Part shown: piece after piece, positions 1 through 8,000 of the stretch | Layout of the letters: the number at the start of each line of letters is the position of its first letter | Position numbering within the stretch: the stretch's first letter is position 1 | Source of the DNA: Candidatus Subterrananammoxibius californiae | GTDB taxonomy: Bacteria > Planctomycetota > Brocadiia > Brocadiales > Subterrananammoxibiaceae | Reading direction: 5' to 3' | Assembly (NCBI GenBank): GCA_030586555.1 | Contig: JAURAC010000035.1 | Coordinates: forward strand, 1-30,136 | DNA: 30,136 bases | Made by a program: the position numbers and the translations under genes | The notes under the pieces: model-generated | Database searches by the model: none | Seen by the model: only the letters and a program-made list of their open reading frames with translations | Told to the model about the DNA's origin: nothing

Positions 1-2
1 CA

Positions 3-893
3 ATGGCTGTTTTCTGGCCCGTTTATCCCATCGGGCAAAGGTGGGGGTTTTTCCCTAACCAGAAAGGTATAGAGTTTTTTGGTGGTCTTAATGGTCCCAA
101 AAGCAACGGTGGGTTTGAATGGGCAGCGGGTCTTGTTAATGGGGAGCAGGTAGATTTTCCACACATTAGCCAGGGCAATGCCACAACGACCAGGGAAGTG
201 GGAAGATTTGATGATAATGACTTTAAGGATTTTTATGGAAGGCTTTCCTACAAGATTGGCGGCATGGGGGTCATGGGTGGGGAAGAAGTGGAGGAAGCCG
301 TTACGGCTGTTGAAAACTGGCAGGATGGCTACACATTATTTGGAAATGTGAAAACCTCTGCAAAGATAGGCATTTTTTACTATCGTGGTAAGAGCGATTT
401 CAAGAAATCAGCCTTCTCTAATGTTGATACTGTAAAAAATCAGGACCGTTTTAGCAGATACGGGGTTGACGTTGACTGGATTATCTGGAACTTTAACGTA
501 ATTGGCGGTGCCGTTGTTTATGATGACAAGTTGGATAAAGCCGTTTCGTACAACAGTAAGACCACAGCGACAAAAGACGGTCTTGATGACGACTTTAAGA
601 CTTATATGTACATGGCGGAGGTTGACTGGGTGGTGTATCCTTGGCTTATCCCTGCCGTTCGATATGAATGGATTCAGCCCGACTATAGCTATACGGCAAG
701 CTCGCTTTATGTAAAACCCAGTGAAAACCCTGTAACAACCAAGAATTTTGAGCGGTTAACCTTTGATGTAACTATTTTACTTGCAGCAAATATCAAACTC
801 CTTGCAGGTGGTCATTTCTCTATAGAAGAGCCTCCACCAAGCGGTTCCCACTTCAGGGATTATTTCAGATTGGGAATTGATATTGCCTTTTAG
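3..893 (+). CDS. Outer-membrane beta-barrel/porin-like protein (probably 5'-truncated by the window edge)
   Basis: Amphipathic beta-strand pattern (FSRYGVDVDW, YMYMAEVDWVVYPWLIPAVRYE), DDNDFKDFYGRLSY motif typical of OprO/P-like porins, and a C-terminal Phe beta-signal (FRLGIDIAF). No signal peptide is visible, so the true start is likely upstream. Confidence 0.65.
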   Translation: MAVFWPVYPIGQRWGFFPNQKGIEFFGGLNGPKSNGGFEWAAGLVNGEQVDFPHISQGNATTTREVGRFDDNDFKDFYGRLSYKIGGMGVMGGEEVEEAVTAVENWQDGYTLFGNVKTSAKIGIFYYRGKSDFKKSAFSNVDTVKNQDRFSRYGVDVDWIIWNFNVIGGAVVYDDKLDKAVSYNSKTTATKDGLDDDFKTYMYMAEVDWVVYPWLIPAVRYEWIQPDYSYTASSLYVKPSENPVTTKNFERLTFDVTILLAANIKLLAGGHFSIEEPPPSGSHFRDYFRLGIDIAF

Positions 894-1061
894 GCAAAAA
901 AATATATACTATATTATATGTGAGTGGAGTAGAGGAGACTGCCTTTTACACAAATATTCTTACCGCCTTAAGCGGATTGCAATCTTTGAGGTTTTGTAGT
1001 GAAGTTTTCGAGTTTTTACCGGAAAAACGGTAGACAAGAGATTTTATGTTCGTTGGGATTA

Positions 1062-1078
1062 ATCCGCCTGAGGCGGAT
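1062..1078. repeat. REP-like palindrome ATCCGCCT-G-AGGCGGAT (family A)
   Basis: Perfect 8-bp inverted repeat. Related copies at 963-976, 12644-12660 and 17356-17370. Confidence 0.6.
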
Positions 1079-1118
1079 AAGACATCATTGTCTGCCCTCT
1101 TTTATTAGGGAGTGAAGT

Positions 1119-1667
1119 ATGGCAGAAGAAGTTAGTCAAACAACGGTTGTTCAAAAGAAGGAATTTGCAGACCAACCATCAGAATTAATCCTTGACCGCA
1201 GGAGAGTGCTAAGATGGATTGGGTGGGGGTGGATGTGGCTTTTCATTACTGCGGTTTTTGGTTCAGCAGCACGTTTTTTCTTTCCAAGGGTGCTTTTTGA
1301 ACCTCCGACCAAGCTTAAGGTAGGTTATCCCTCTGACTATACCATAGGCACTGTTAGTGAAAAATATATGCAGAAATACAGAATATGGGTTGTGCGGGAG
1401 GTAGATAGGCTTTATGTTATAGAGGCTAAGTGCACTCACCTTGGCTGTACGCCTTTCTGGCTGAGTTCTGAAAAAAAATTTAAGTGTCCATGTCATGGCG
1501 GTGGCTATACACCTGAAGGCGTAAATATTGAAGGACCACCTCCACGTCCACTGGAGAGATTCAAAGTAACATTGACCGAAGAGGGTGAAATATTGGTTGA
1601 CCAGGCTGTAAGATTCAGAGGCGAACGTGGAGAATGGGAAAAGCCTGGAGCATATATTTCTGTTTAA
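1119..1667 (+). CDS. petC: Rieske [2Fe-2S] subunit of a Rieske/cytochrome b complex
   Basis: Box I CTHLGC, box II CPCHGG, GPPPRPL loop, Tat-like RRRVL followed by a TM helix, GGGAG RBS upstream. Confidence 0.95.
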   Translation: MAEEVSQTTVVQKKEFADQPSELILDRRRVLRWIGWGWMWLFITAVFGSAARFFFPRVLFEPPTKLKVGYPSDYTIGTVSEKYMQKYRIWVVREVDRLYVIEAKCTHLGCTPFWLSSEKKFKCPCHGGGYTPEGVNIEGPPPRPLERFKVTLTEEGEILVDQAVRFRGERGEWEKPGAYISV

Positions 1668-1686
1668 GTAGATAGGAAAGGCGGTG

Positions 1687-1712
1687 GCACGGACAAGCTT
1701 TTTTGTCCGTGC
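1687..1712. repeat. Intergenic hairpin GCACGGACAA-N6-TTGTCCGTGC
   Basis: Perfect 10-bp stem between the Rieske and cytochrome b genes. No U-tract follows on the + strand. Confidence 0.55.
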
Positions 1713-1740
1713 ATTGAATTACTGAAATTGAGGATTGTAA

Positions 1741-2517
1741 ATGGCTACAAAACTTATTCAAGATATCATAGAAACGGTAACTAATTCCCAGATATGGAAG
1801 TCGTTCTTCAGACGGAAACATGATGATAGAAACAGGAGCAGGATGTTAGCCGTTATAGCTAACTTCTTCATGCACTTGCACCCCGCTACCATTGCAAGAC
1901 ACGGCATTGCCCTGAAATATACCTGGTGCATGGGTGGAACAACTACATTCCTCTTCCTTTTCCTCACCTTGACCGGCGTATTGCTTATGTTTTACTATCG
2001 TCCTACAACCCTTAATGCCTTTAACGATATTAAAGAGTTAGAGTACAGCGTCCCATTCGGGATGATGCTACGCAATACCCACAGGTGGGGGGCACACTTG
2101 ATGGTGATAACCGTAATGCTTCACATGTTCAGGGTTTTCATGACTGGTGCATATAAGCCACCGAGGGAGTTTAACTGGGTTATTGGGGTCGTCCTCCTTG
2201 TAATAACATTCTTGTTAAGTTTCAGCGGCTATTTACTTACATGGGACCAATTGGGAATGTGGGCTATTACTGTGGGTACCAATATGGCAAGGGCAACCCC
2301 TTTTATTGGCCATGAAGGACCCTTTGGTGAACAGTTAGGAATGACCCCTTACAACGATATACGTTTTGCTATACTTGGTGGCTCAACGGTTGGTGCAAAT
2401 GCCCTTTTGCGTGCTTATATATGGCATTGCATTGCCTTCCCTTTGATTCTTACAATTTTTCTGGCGGTGCATTTTTGGAGGGTAAGAAAGGACGGGGGAA
2501 TTTCTGGTCCCCTTTGA
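1741..2517 (+). CDS. petB: Cytochrome b6-like N-terminal subunit (split cytochrome b, 4 TM, hemes bL/bH and heme ci)
   Basis: WCMGG (heme ci Cys), [15 protein letters not shown] and [17 protein letters not shown]is pairs (14 residues between the helix-D His), [11 protein letters not shown], b6-type C-terminus GISGPL. Confidence 0.95.
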   Translation: MATKLIQDIIETVTNSQIWKSFFRRKHDDRNRSRMLAVIANFFMHLHPATIARHGIALKYTWCMGGTTTFLFLFLTLTGVLLMFYYRPTTLNAFNDIKELEYSVPFGMMLRNTHRWGAHLMVITVMLHMFRVFMTGAYKPPREFNWVIGVVLLVITFLLSFSGYLLTWDQLGMWAITVGTNMARATPFIGHEGPFGEQLGMTPYNDIRFAILGGSTVGANALLRAYIWHCIAFPLILTIFLAVHFWRVRKDGGISGPL

Positions 2518-2540
2518 GTTATATCGTAAAGAAGTAAGTC

Positions 2541-2627
2541 AATAGAAAATTCTAAATAGAAAATGAAAAATTAAAAGTATTTAGATGTTGTTTTAATTTT
2601 AACTTTTTCATTCAGATATTTCTATTT
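2541..2627. repeat. AT-rich imperfect long inverted repeat
   Basis: A-rich arm (AATAGAAAAT..AAATAGAAAATGAAAAATTAAAA) is mirrored by a T-rich arm (TTTTAATTTT..TTTTTCATT..ATTTCTATTT). Confidence 0.4.
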
Positions 2628-2668
2628 AGTCTTTTTTAAAAAAGGTAAGAAGTAAGTAGGAAAAACCA

Positions 2669-2872
2669 ATGGAAAACTTTCTCAGGGTACTATTTATGAA
2701 GGATAACGAGGTTATTGCTCTCTTTGGTATTGTTGTGGCATTCTTTGCTGTGTTAGCCTTTTATCAAGCCATAAAGAATGACCTTCAAAAGGTTAGTCAA
2801 AAGCCCAAAGAAATCCCTCCACAGTCAAAGGCTACCATTATGGATATCCAGATGAATGAAGAAGATAAATAA
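2669..2872 (+). CDS. Small single-TM membrane protein, probable accessory subunit of the Rieske/cyt b complex
   Basis: 67 aa, one hydrophobic helix (VIALFGIVVAFFAVLAFY), AGGA RBS, co-oriented inside the operon. Confidence 0.65.
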   Translation: MENFLRVLFMKDNEVIALFGIVVAFFAVLAFYQAIKNDLQKVSQKPKEIPPQSKATIMDIQMNEEDK

Positions 2873-2899
2873 ACGGGTATTATTTAGGAGGTTAGCTGT

Positions 2900-4624
2900 A
2901 TGAATACGAAAAGAAAGACATTATACAACTTGAAAAGAGCAGATGCTGGAGAGTGGTTTAGCAGTGTGATAAAATGTCAGTACGCCTGCCCTGTACATAC
3001 AAATGTCCCTGCTTATTTGAAATTGCTCAGAGAAGGCGATTTTGAAAGGGCATATAGAGTAAACAGGTATGCCAATCTTTTTCCCGCTATTCTTGGAAGG
3101 GTTTGTACACATCCGTGTGAAACTGCATGCAGACGGGGCAGGTTTGATGAGCCGGTCTCTATCTGCGCACTAAAAAGGGCTACCGCCGATTACAGCGAGA
3201 AAGGGACGGAACTTCCTTTAGGTCTCGAAACCATTACGGAGAAACAAGGTAAAAAGGTTGCCATCATAGGCTCTGGACCAGCTGGTCTTGCCTGTGCAAA
3301 TGATTTGGCGTTGCGGGGGTATGATGTGGTAATATACGAAGCCCTGGACCGTATAGGTGGTATGCTCAATGTAGGGATACCTCCGTACAGGTTGCCTCGC
3401 AAATTGATTCAGCAGGAGATAAGCCGTGTGATGTCTGCGCTGGGTGTGGAGATAAAGCTGAACACACCCATTGGTGAAAAACTTACACTGGGTAATCTTC
3501 GGAAAGAGTATGACGCAATATTTATAGCTGCAGGCGCCCATAAACCTGTAAAATTGGGTATAGAGGGGGAGAACCTGAAAGGCGTTATCCATGGGGTGAC
3601 ATTCATGCGTAAGGCAAATCTCGGAGAGTCACTCGAAATGGGGCGCAAGGTTGCTGTAATTGGGGGCGGGAACACTGCCATGGACTGTGCCAGAACAGCG
3701 CTCAGACTAAAGGCGGATAAGGTCTATTTAGTCTATCGCCGAACAAGGGCAGAGATGCCTGTTGTACAACAGGAGGTAGAAGAGACAGAAGAAGAAGGAA
3801 TTGAGATTTTCTATCTGACTTCGCCCGTTAGGATCTTAACAAAGGATTCAGAGACGGTTTCTGGTTTAGAGTGCATTAAAAACAAATTGGGTGAGCCAGA
3901 TGCTTCTGGAAGAAAGAGGCCGATACCTATTGAAGGTTCAAACTTTATTCTTGATGTAGATACCGTTATTCCTGCCGTTAGCCAAGCCCCTGATTTGTCT
4001 TTTCTCGGTAAGGATGTTACGTTAGAAGTATCTAAATGGGATACACTCGTAGTAAATCCCGAGACCCTTGAGACCAATCAGCCTGGTATATTTACTGGAG
4101 GAGATTTTGTTACAGGTCCCCGTGTGCTTATCGAGGCTATTGCTCAAGGACACACAGCAGCCCAGTCTATTCATGGTTATCTTATACATGGTGAGGTTCC
4201 CCAAAAAAGAGCACGTTTCAGAGTTGTAAAGGACTACAAACCCCCCAACGAATATGACACATTACCAAGGGGAAAACCATGTACAAGACCAGTTAATGAG
4301 CGTAGTGGTTTTGATACAGAAGTTGACCTCGGTCTATCTAAGGAAGCCATTCAGAGAGATGCAATGCGCTGTTTTCAGTGTCGGTTAAACATTGTTATAG
4401 ATAGCAAAAAGTGCATTCTCTGCGGTGGCTGTGTGGACGTTTGTCCAAATGAGTGCATCCGTATGGTTTCACTAAGTAGAGTTAAAGGACTTGAAAATAG
4501 CCCAAAGAAGGGTTCTGTGTTGGTCTTGAACGAGGAGAGATGTATGAGGTGCGGGCTCTGTGTGCGTAGGTGTCCTACAAAGGCAATTAGGATGGTTGAG
4601 TTCACCCAAGAAGAGAGTAATTAA
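2900..4624 (+). CDS. FAD/[4Fe-4S] NAD(P)H oxidoreductase (GltD/SudA/NfnB-like) with C-terminal 2x[4Fe-4S] ferredoxin domain, NADP(H)-type copy
   Basis: CQYACP..GRVCTHPCETACRR FeS domain, GSGPAG FAD motif, GGGNTA..VYRR nucleotide motif, RCFQC, two CxxCxxCxxxCP motifs, AGGAGG RBS. Confidence 0.9.
   Translation: MNTKRKTLYNLKRADAGEWFSSVIKCQYACPVHTNVPAYLKLLREGDFERAYRVNRYANLFPAILGRVCTHPCETACRRGRFDEPVSICALKRATADYSEKGTELPLGLETITEKQGKKVAIIGSGPAGLACANDLALRGYDVVIYEALDRIGGMLNVGIPPYRLPRKLIQQEISRVMSALGVEIKLNTPIGEKLTLGNLRKEYDAIFIAAGAHKPVKLGIEGENLKGVIHGVTFMRKANLGESLEMGRKVAVIGGGNTAMDCARTALRLKADKVYLVYRRTRAEMPVVQQEVEETEEEGIEIFYLTSPVRILTKDSETVSGLECIKNKLGEPDASGRKRPIPIEGSNFILDVDTVIPAVSQAPDLSFLGKDVTLEVSKWDTLVVNPETLETNQPGIFTGGDFVTGPRVLIEAIAQGHTAAQSIHGYLIHGEVPQKRARFRVVKDYKPPNEYDTLPRGKPCTRPVNERSGFDTEVDLGLSKEAIQRDAMRCFQCRLNIVIDSKKCILCGGCVDVCPNECIRMVSLSRVKGLENSPKKGSVLVLNEERCMRCGLCVRRCPTKAIRMVEFTQEESN
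3281..3544 (+). repeat. Near-identical 264-bp segment shared with 5647-5910
   Basis: Direct comparison at offset 2366 shows one mismatch (3328 G vs 5694 A). 3329-3544 is identical to 5695-5910. Confidence 0.9.
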
Positions 4625-4826
4625 GAGGTACCGGGCTACAAACTGGTGCGGCTACACAAAATGTTATGGGCGCTAAAGAAGAAATATCACAGCGAAGCCT
4701 TTTAATAACAGGATGGATTAGTTTGCAAAAGGGTTGCCTTTTATAATCCTTCTGATTGAGTAGCTGCCTTATTAACTTATGAAACTATAAAAGATTCAAT
4801 CTTAATTGTTAGGAGAAATGAAAGCT

Positions 4827-4872
4827 GCTCATAGTTCATAGCTCATAGTTCAATGAGTTATTAGCTATGAGC
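4827..4872. repeat. Heptamer tandem repeats (G[C/T]TCATA x3+) with inverted copy TAGCTATGAGC
   Basis: GCTCATA GTTCATA GCTCATA GTTCA at 4827-4852. Reverse complement of 4862-4872 is GCTCATAGCTA. Confidence 0.6.
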
Positions 4873-4965
4873 CAAGTTCGAGGTGATTTGCTTTTACGCA
4901 ACCAGCTATTATCGGAAAGGAGAAAGTAAGAAGTTCGTTTCCCCAATAACCACGCCGCTTTTTAG

Positions 4966-4994
4966 ATGAAAAAATTGTTATCATGTGGTATAAT
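4966..4994 (+). promoter_or_regulatory. Putative sigma70 promoter with extended -10
   Basis: TGgTATAAT at 4986-4994 and ATGAAA (4/6 match to TTGACA) 17 bp upstream, in a 641-bp intergenic gap. AT-rich context raises the chance of a random match. Confidence 0.35.
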
Positions 4995-5073
4995 TATTTT
5001 GTTAAATTTATATTTATAATTTTTACTTGATTTTGTAATAATTAAGAGTGAAAAGTAAGTTCCTCAAAACCTA

Positions 5074-5262
5074 AAAGGCGGGAAATTTACTATTTCAAAT
5101 GTTCCACCAGGCGAGCATGTCCTTAATGTATGTAATAAGTGATTTAAAGGGAAGGATGCAAAGGGCGCGGTAAAGGTTGGGGAAACAGTTAATGTAGATA
5201 CTCTGTTGACAAAAAAAGAAAGAAGGAAGCGAAGTAATTATAACAAATTCCTGGGAGGTTAG
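5074..5262 (+). pseudogene. Remnant of the C-terminal domain of a cupredoxin-like/carboxypeptidase-regulatory-like gene
   Basis: Frame +1 reads KGGKFTISNVPPGEHVLNVCNK*FKGKDAKGAVKVGETVNVDTLL, matching the C-termini of the three intact paralogs (e.g. GSFKIDNVPAGTYKLQAWQEKLGKQVQDVTIEAGKEVKVDFQL). Internal TGA at 5140-5142 and no start. Confidence 0.6.
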
Positions 5263-5265
5263 CAT

Positions 5266-7053
5266 ATGAATGGGCAGAAAAAAACAATATATCACTTAAA
5301 GAAAACAAATGCACTCGAATGGTTCAGCCGTGTGATAAAGTGCCAGTATACCTGTCCTGTACATACAAATGTCCCTGCTTATGTGAAATTGCTAAGAGAA
5401 GGCGATTTTGAAGGGGCATATAAAGTAAACAGGGTTGCCAATCTTTTTCCTGCTATACTTGGCAGGCTTTGCCCACATCCGTGCGAGGACGTCTGCAGAC
5501 GGGGCAGGTTTGATGAGCCGGTCTCTATCTGCGCACTAAAAAGGGCTGCCGCTGATTACAGTGAAAAAGAGACGGAACTTCCTTTAGGTATAGAAGCCAT
5601 TACTAAGAAACAAGGTAAAAGGATTGCCATCATAGGCTCTGGGCCTGCTGGTCTTGCCTGTGCAAATGATTTGGCGTTGCGGGGGTATGATGTAGTAATA
5701 TACGAAGCCCTGGACCGTATAGGTGGTATGCTCAATGTAGGGATACCTCCGTACAGGTTGCCTCGCAAATTGATTCAGCAGGAGATAAGCCGTGTGATGT
5801 CTGCGCTGGGTGTGGAGATAAAGCTGAACACACCCATTGGTGAAAAACTTACACTGGGTAATCTTCGGAAAGAGTATGACGCAATATTTATAGCTGCAGG
5901 CGCCCATAAATCAATAAAATTGGGTATAGAGGGAGAGGCTCTGCAAGGTGTTATCCCTGCGGTAGAATTCTTACGCAAGATAAATCTTGGAGAAACACCC
6001 GAAATAGGGCGTAAGGTTGTAGTTATTGGTGGTGGCGATGTTGCAATGGATTGTGTAAGAACCGTCATCAGGTTGGGTGCCGAGAGTGTTCACATCAAAT
6101 GCCTTGAATCACGCGAGGAGATGCCCGCTGCAGATTTTGAAGTTGAGGAAGCTATTCAAGAGGGTGCGATACTTCGCCCATCTTTGGGTCTTAAACGTAT
6201 CCTCGGAAAAGATGGGAAGGTAACAGGCGTTGAAACCGTTGTGTGCAAATCTGTATTCGATAGCCAGGGAAGGTTTAACCCCACCTTTGTCGAGGGCACG
6301 GAATCTATTATTAAAGCAGATAACATAATCGTTGCCATTGGCCAGGCATCTGACCTCTCTTTACTGCAGAAACAGGAAGGCTTTGAGGTTGTAAGGGGTA
6401 GGACCATTAAAGTTGACCCAGAATCATTGCACACTACCGTTCCGGGTGTATTTGCCGGAGGGGATGTGGCTACGGGACCTCGTTTACTCATCGATGCTAT
6501 TGCTCAAGGACACAAGGCAGCCCAATCCATTCATGCCTATCTTACACAAAGTAAGATTCCCCAGAAAAGGGCCCATTTCAAACTTGTAAAGGATTACACA
6601 CCCCCCGTTGGATATGACGCATTGTCAAGGGAAAAACTACGTGCTATACCTGTTGATGAGCGCCGGCAAGACATTTGGCAGGCAAGGATTTATCTTTTCA
6701 TGAAAAAACTACGTGCTATACCTGTTAATGAGCGTCGGGGTTTAGATTTAGAGGTTGACCTTGGTTTAAGTAAGGATGCCATTCAGAGGGAAGCAATGCG
6801 TTGTTACCAATGTCAGTTAAACATTGTTATAGATAGCAAAAAGTGCGTTCTCTGTGGTGGCTGTGTGGATGTTTGTCCAAATAAGTGCATCAGAATGGTT
6901 TCATTAGATAGAATTAAAGGACTTGATAATGTGACAAACAAGGGTGCTGCCTTAGTCATGAACGAAGAGGAATGTATGAGGTGTGGGCTCTGTGTGCAGA
7001 GGTGTCCTACAAGGGCAATTAATATGGTTGAGTTCTCCGTCGAGGAGGTGTGA
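5266..7053 (+). CDS. FAD/[4Fe-4S] NAD(P)H oxidoreductase paralog with C-terminal 2x[4Fe-4S] ferredoxin domain, NAD(H)-type copy
   Basis: Same FeS/FAD architecture as 2900-4624, but the nucleotide domain reads GGGDVA..HIKCLESREEMP. Contains a 24-aa insertion. GGAGG RBS. Confidence 0.9.
   Translation: MNGQKKTIYHLKKTNALEWFSRVIKCQYTCPVHTNVPAYVKLLREGDFEGAYKVNRVANLFPAILGRLCPHPCEDVCRRGRFDEPVSICALKRAAADYSEKETELPLGIEAITKKQGKRIAIIGSGPAGLACANDLALRGYDVVIYEALDRIGGMLNVGIPPYRLPRKLIQQEISRVMSALGVEIKLNTPIGEKLTLGNLRKEYDAIFIAAGAHKSIKLGIEGEALQGVIPAVEFLRKINLGETPEIGRKVVVIGGGDVAMDCVRTVIRLGAESVHIKCLESREEMPAADFEVEEAIQEGAILRPSLGLKRILGKDGKVTGVETVVCKSVFDSQGRFNPTFVEGTESIIKADNIIVAIGQASDLSLLQKQEGFEVVRGRTIKVDPESLHTTVPGVFAGGDVATGPRLLIDAIAQGHKAAQSIHAYLTQSKIPQKRAHFKLVKDYTPPVGYDALSREKLRAIPVDERRQDIWQARIYLFMKKLRAIPVNERRGLDLEVDLGLSKDAIQREAMRCYQCQLNIVIDSKKCVLCGGCVDVCPNKCIRMVSLDRIKGLDNVTNKGAALVMNEEECMRCGLCVQRCPTRAINMVEFSVEEV
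6632..6738 (+). repeat. 35-bp direct repeat pair separated by 37 bp of unique sequence (in-frame 72-bp insertion)
   Basis: AAAAACTACGTGCTATACCTGTT[G/A]ATGAGCG[C/T]CGG at 6632-6666 and 6704-6738, 2 mismatches. Confidence 0.85.
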
Positions 7054-7098
7054 AGAAGCCGTCGCTTGTTGTTAGAGTAACTGTTTTAGGTAAAGAAA

Positions 7099-7920
7099 AT
7101 GCCAGAAGAAAAGGTTAAGAAAGAGGAAGAACAGTTTCGTCTCCTTGCCGTTGTGGAAGAGGAAACACTGAGTAAGGCACGTGACATCGAAGTTGGAGAT
7201 ACTGTTAATACATGGCCTTATCTTGTAAGAAAAGAATTACTTGTTGCTATTGGTATAACTATAGGGCTTATTGTGTGGGCTCTCATTTCTGATGCGCCAC
7301 TTGAGGAGTATGCAAATCCAAACGTTACACCTAATCCATCAAAGGCGCCGTGGTATTTTGCTGGTCTACAGGAGATGCTTGTATATTTTGACCCATGGAT
7401 TGCTGGTGTTGCACTTCCTATGTTAATCGTATTTGGTCTTATGGCTATTCCGTATTTAGACATCAACCCTAAGGGGCGTGGATACTATACATTCAGGGAA
7501 AGAATATTCGCTGTAAGTACTTTTTGCTTTGGGTTTATTGTACTCTGGATTACGTTGATACTTGTTGGCGTATTTTTGCGTGGACCCGGATGGATACTTT
7601 TCTGGCCCTGGCAGGAGTGGAACATTCACAGGATTGTAGCAGAAACAAATTATGACCTTACCCAATTTTTTGGAATAAACTCAAAGTCTTTCACTGGTAT
7701 GGTGCTTGCAGCAGTAGTTGTCTTTTTATATTACTTATGTTTTATGGGCATTCCGTACTGTATTTTAAGAAAGGGTTCTGCGTTTGCCACTTTAGGGATT
7801 ATCAGATATTTAATCGTATCCTTTCTTTTCGCTACTATGATGGCACTGCCAATAAAAATTATCCTGAGGTTGACCGTTCACATGAAGTATGTATGGGTAA
7901 CACCGTGGTTTAATATTTAG
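7099..7920 (+). CDS. petD: Cytochrome b C-terminal subunit (subunit IV-like)
   Basis: WPYLV..APLEEYANPNVTPNPSKAPWYF (PEWY-loop variant), PYLD motif, several TM helices. Confidence 0.9.
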   Translation: MPEEKVKKEEEQFRLLAVVEEETLSKARDIEVGDTVNTWPYLVRKELLVAIGITIGLIVWALISDAPLEEYANPNVTPNPSKAPWYFAGLQEMLVYFDPWIAGVALPMLIVFGLMAIPYLDINPKGRGYYTFRERIFAVSTFCFGFIVLWITLILVGVFLRGPGWILFWPWQEWNIHRIVAETNYDLTQFFGINSKSFTGMVLAAVVVFLYYLCFMGIPYCILRKGSAFATLGIIRYLIVSFLFATMMALPIKIILRLTVHMKYVWVTPWFNI

Positions 7921-8000
7921 GTGGATAAGCAATTTTTACGATTTGTAACATAAGACTATTGATAAGGAAAGTATCATTTAGAGTTCGTTAGAAACTTATT

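Noticed and set aside
4810..4841. AGGAG followed by ATG, a possible leader peptide MKAAHSS
   Set aside because: Only 7 codons running into the heptamer repeat, with no attenuator logic evident.
5140..5142. Selenocysteine or readthrough at the in-frame TGA
   Set aside because: The aligned position in intact paralogs is not Cys, there is no start or upstream domain, and no SECIS-like hairpin is evident. Pseudogene decay is simpler.
5206..5244. TTGACA..TATAAC sigma70 promoter
   Set aside because: The spacing is 27 bp, far from the 16-18 bp required.
6632..6738. CRISPR array
   Set aside because: Only two repeat copies, inside a coding frame, non-palindromic, with no leader or cas genes. Kept only as an insertion finding.
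2900..7053. Glutamate synthase small subunit (gltD) or nfnB call
   Set aside because: No gltB or nfnA neighbour, an extra C-terminal ferredoxin domain, and a position inside a Rieske/cyt b operon.
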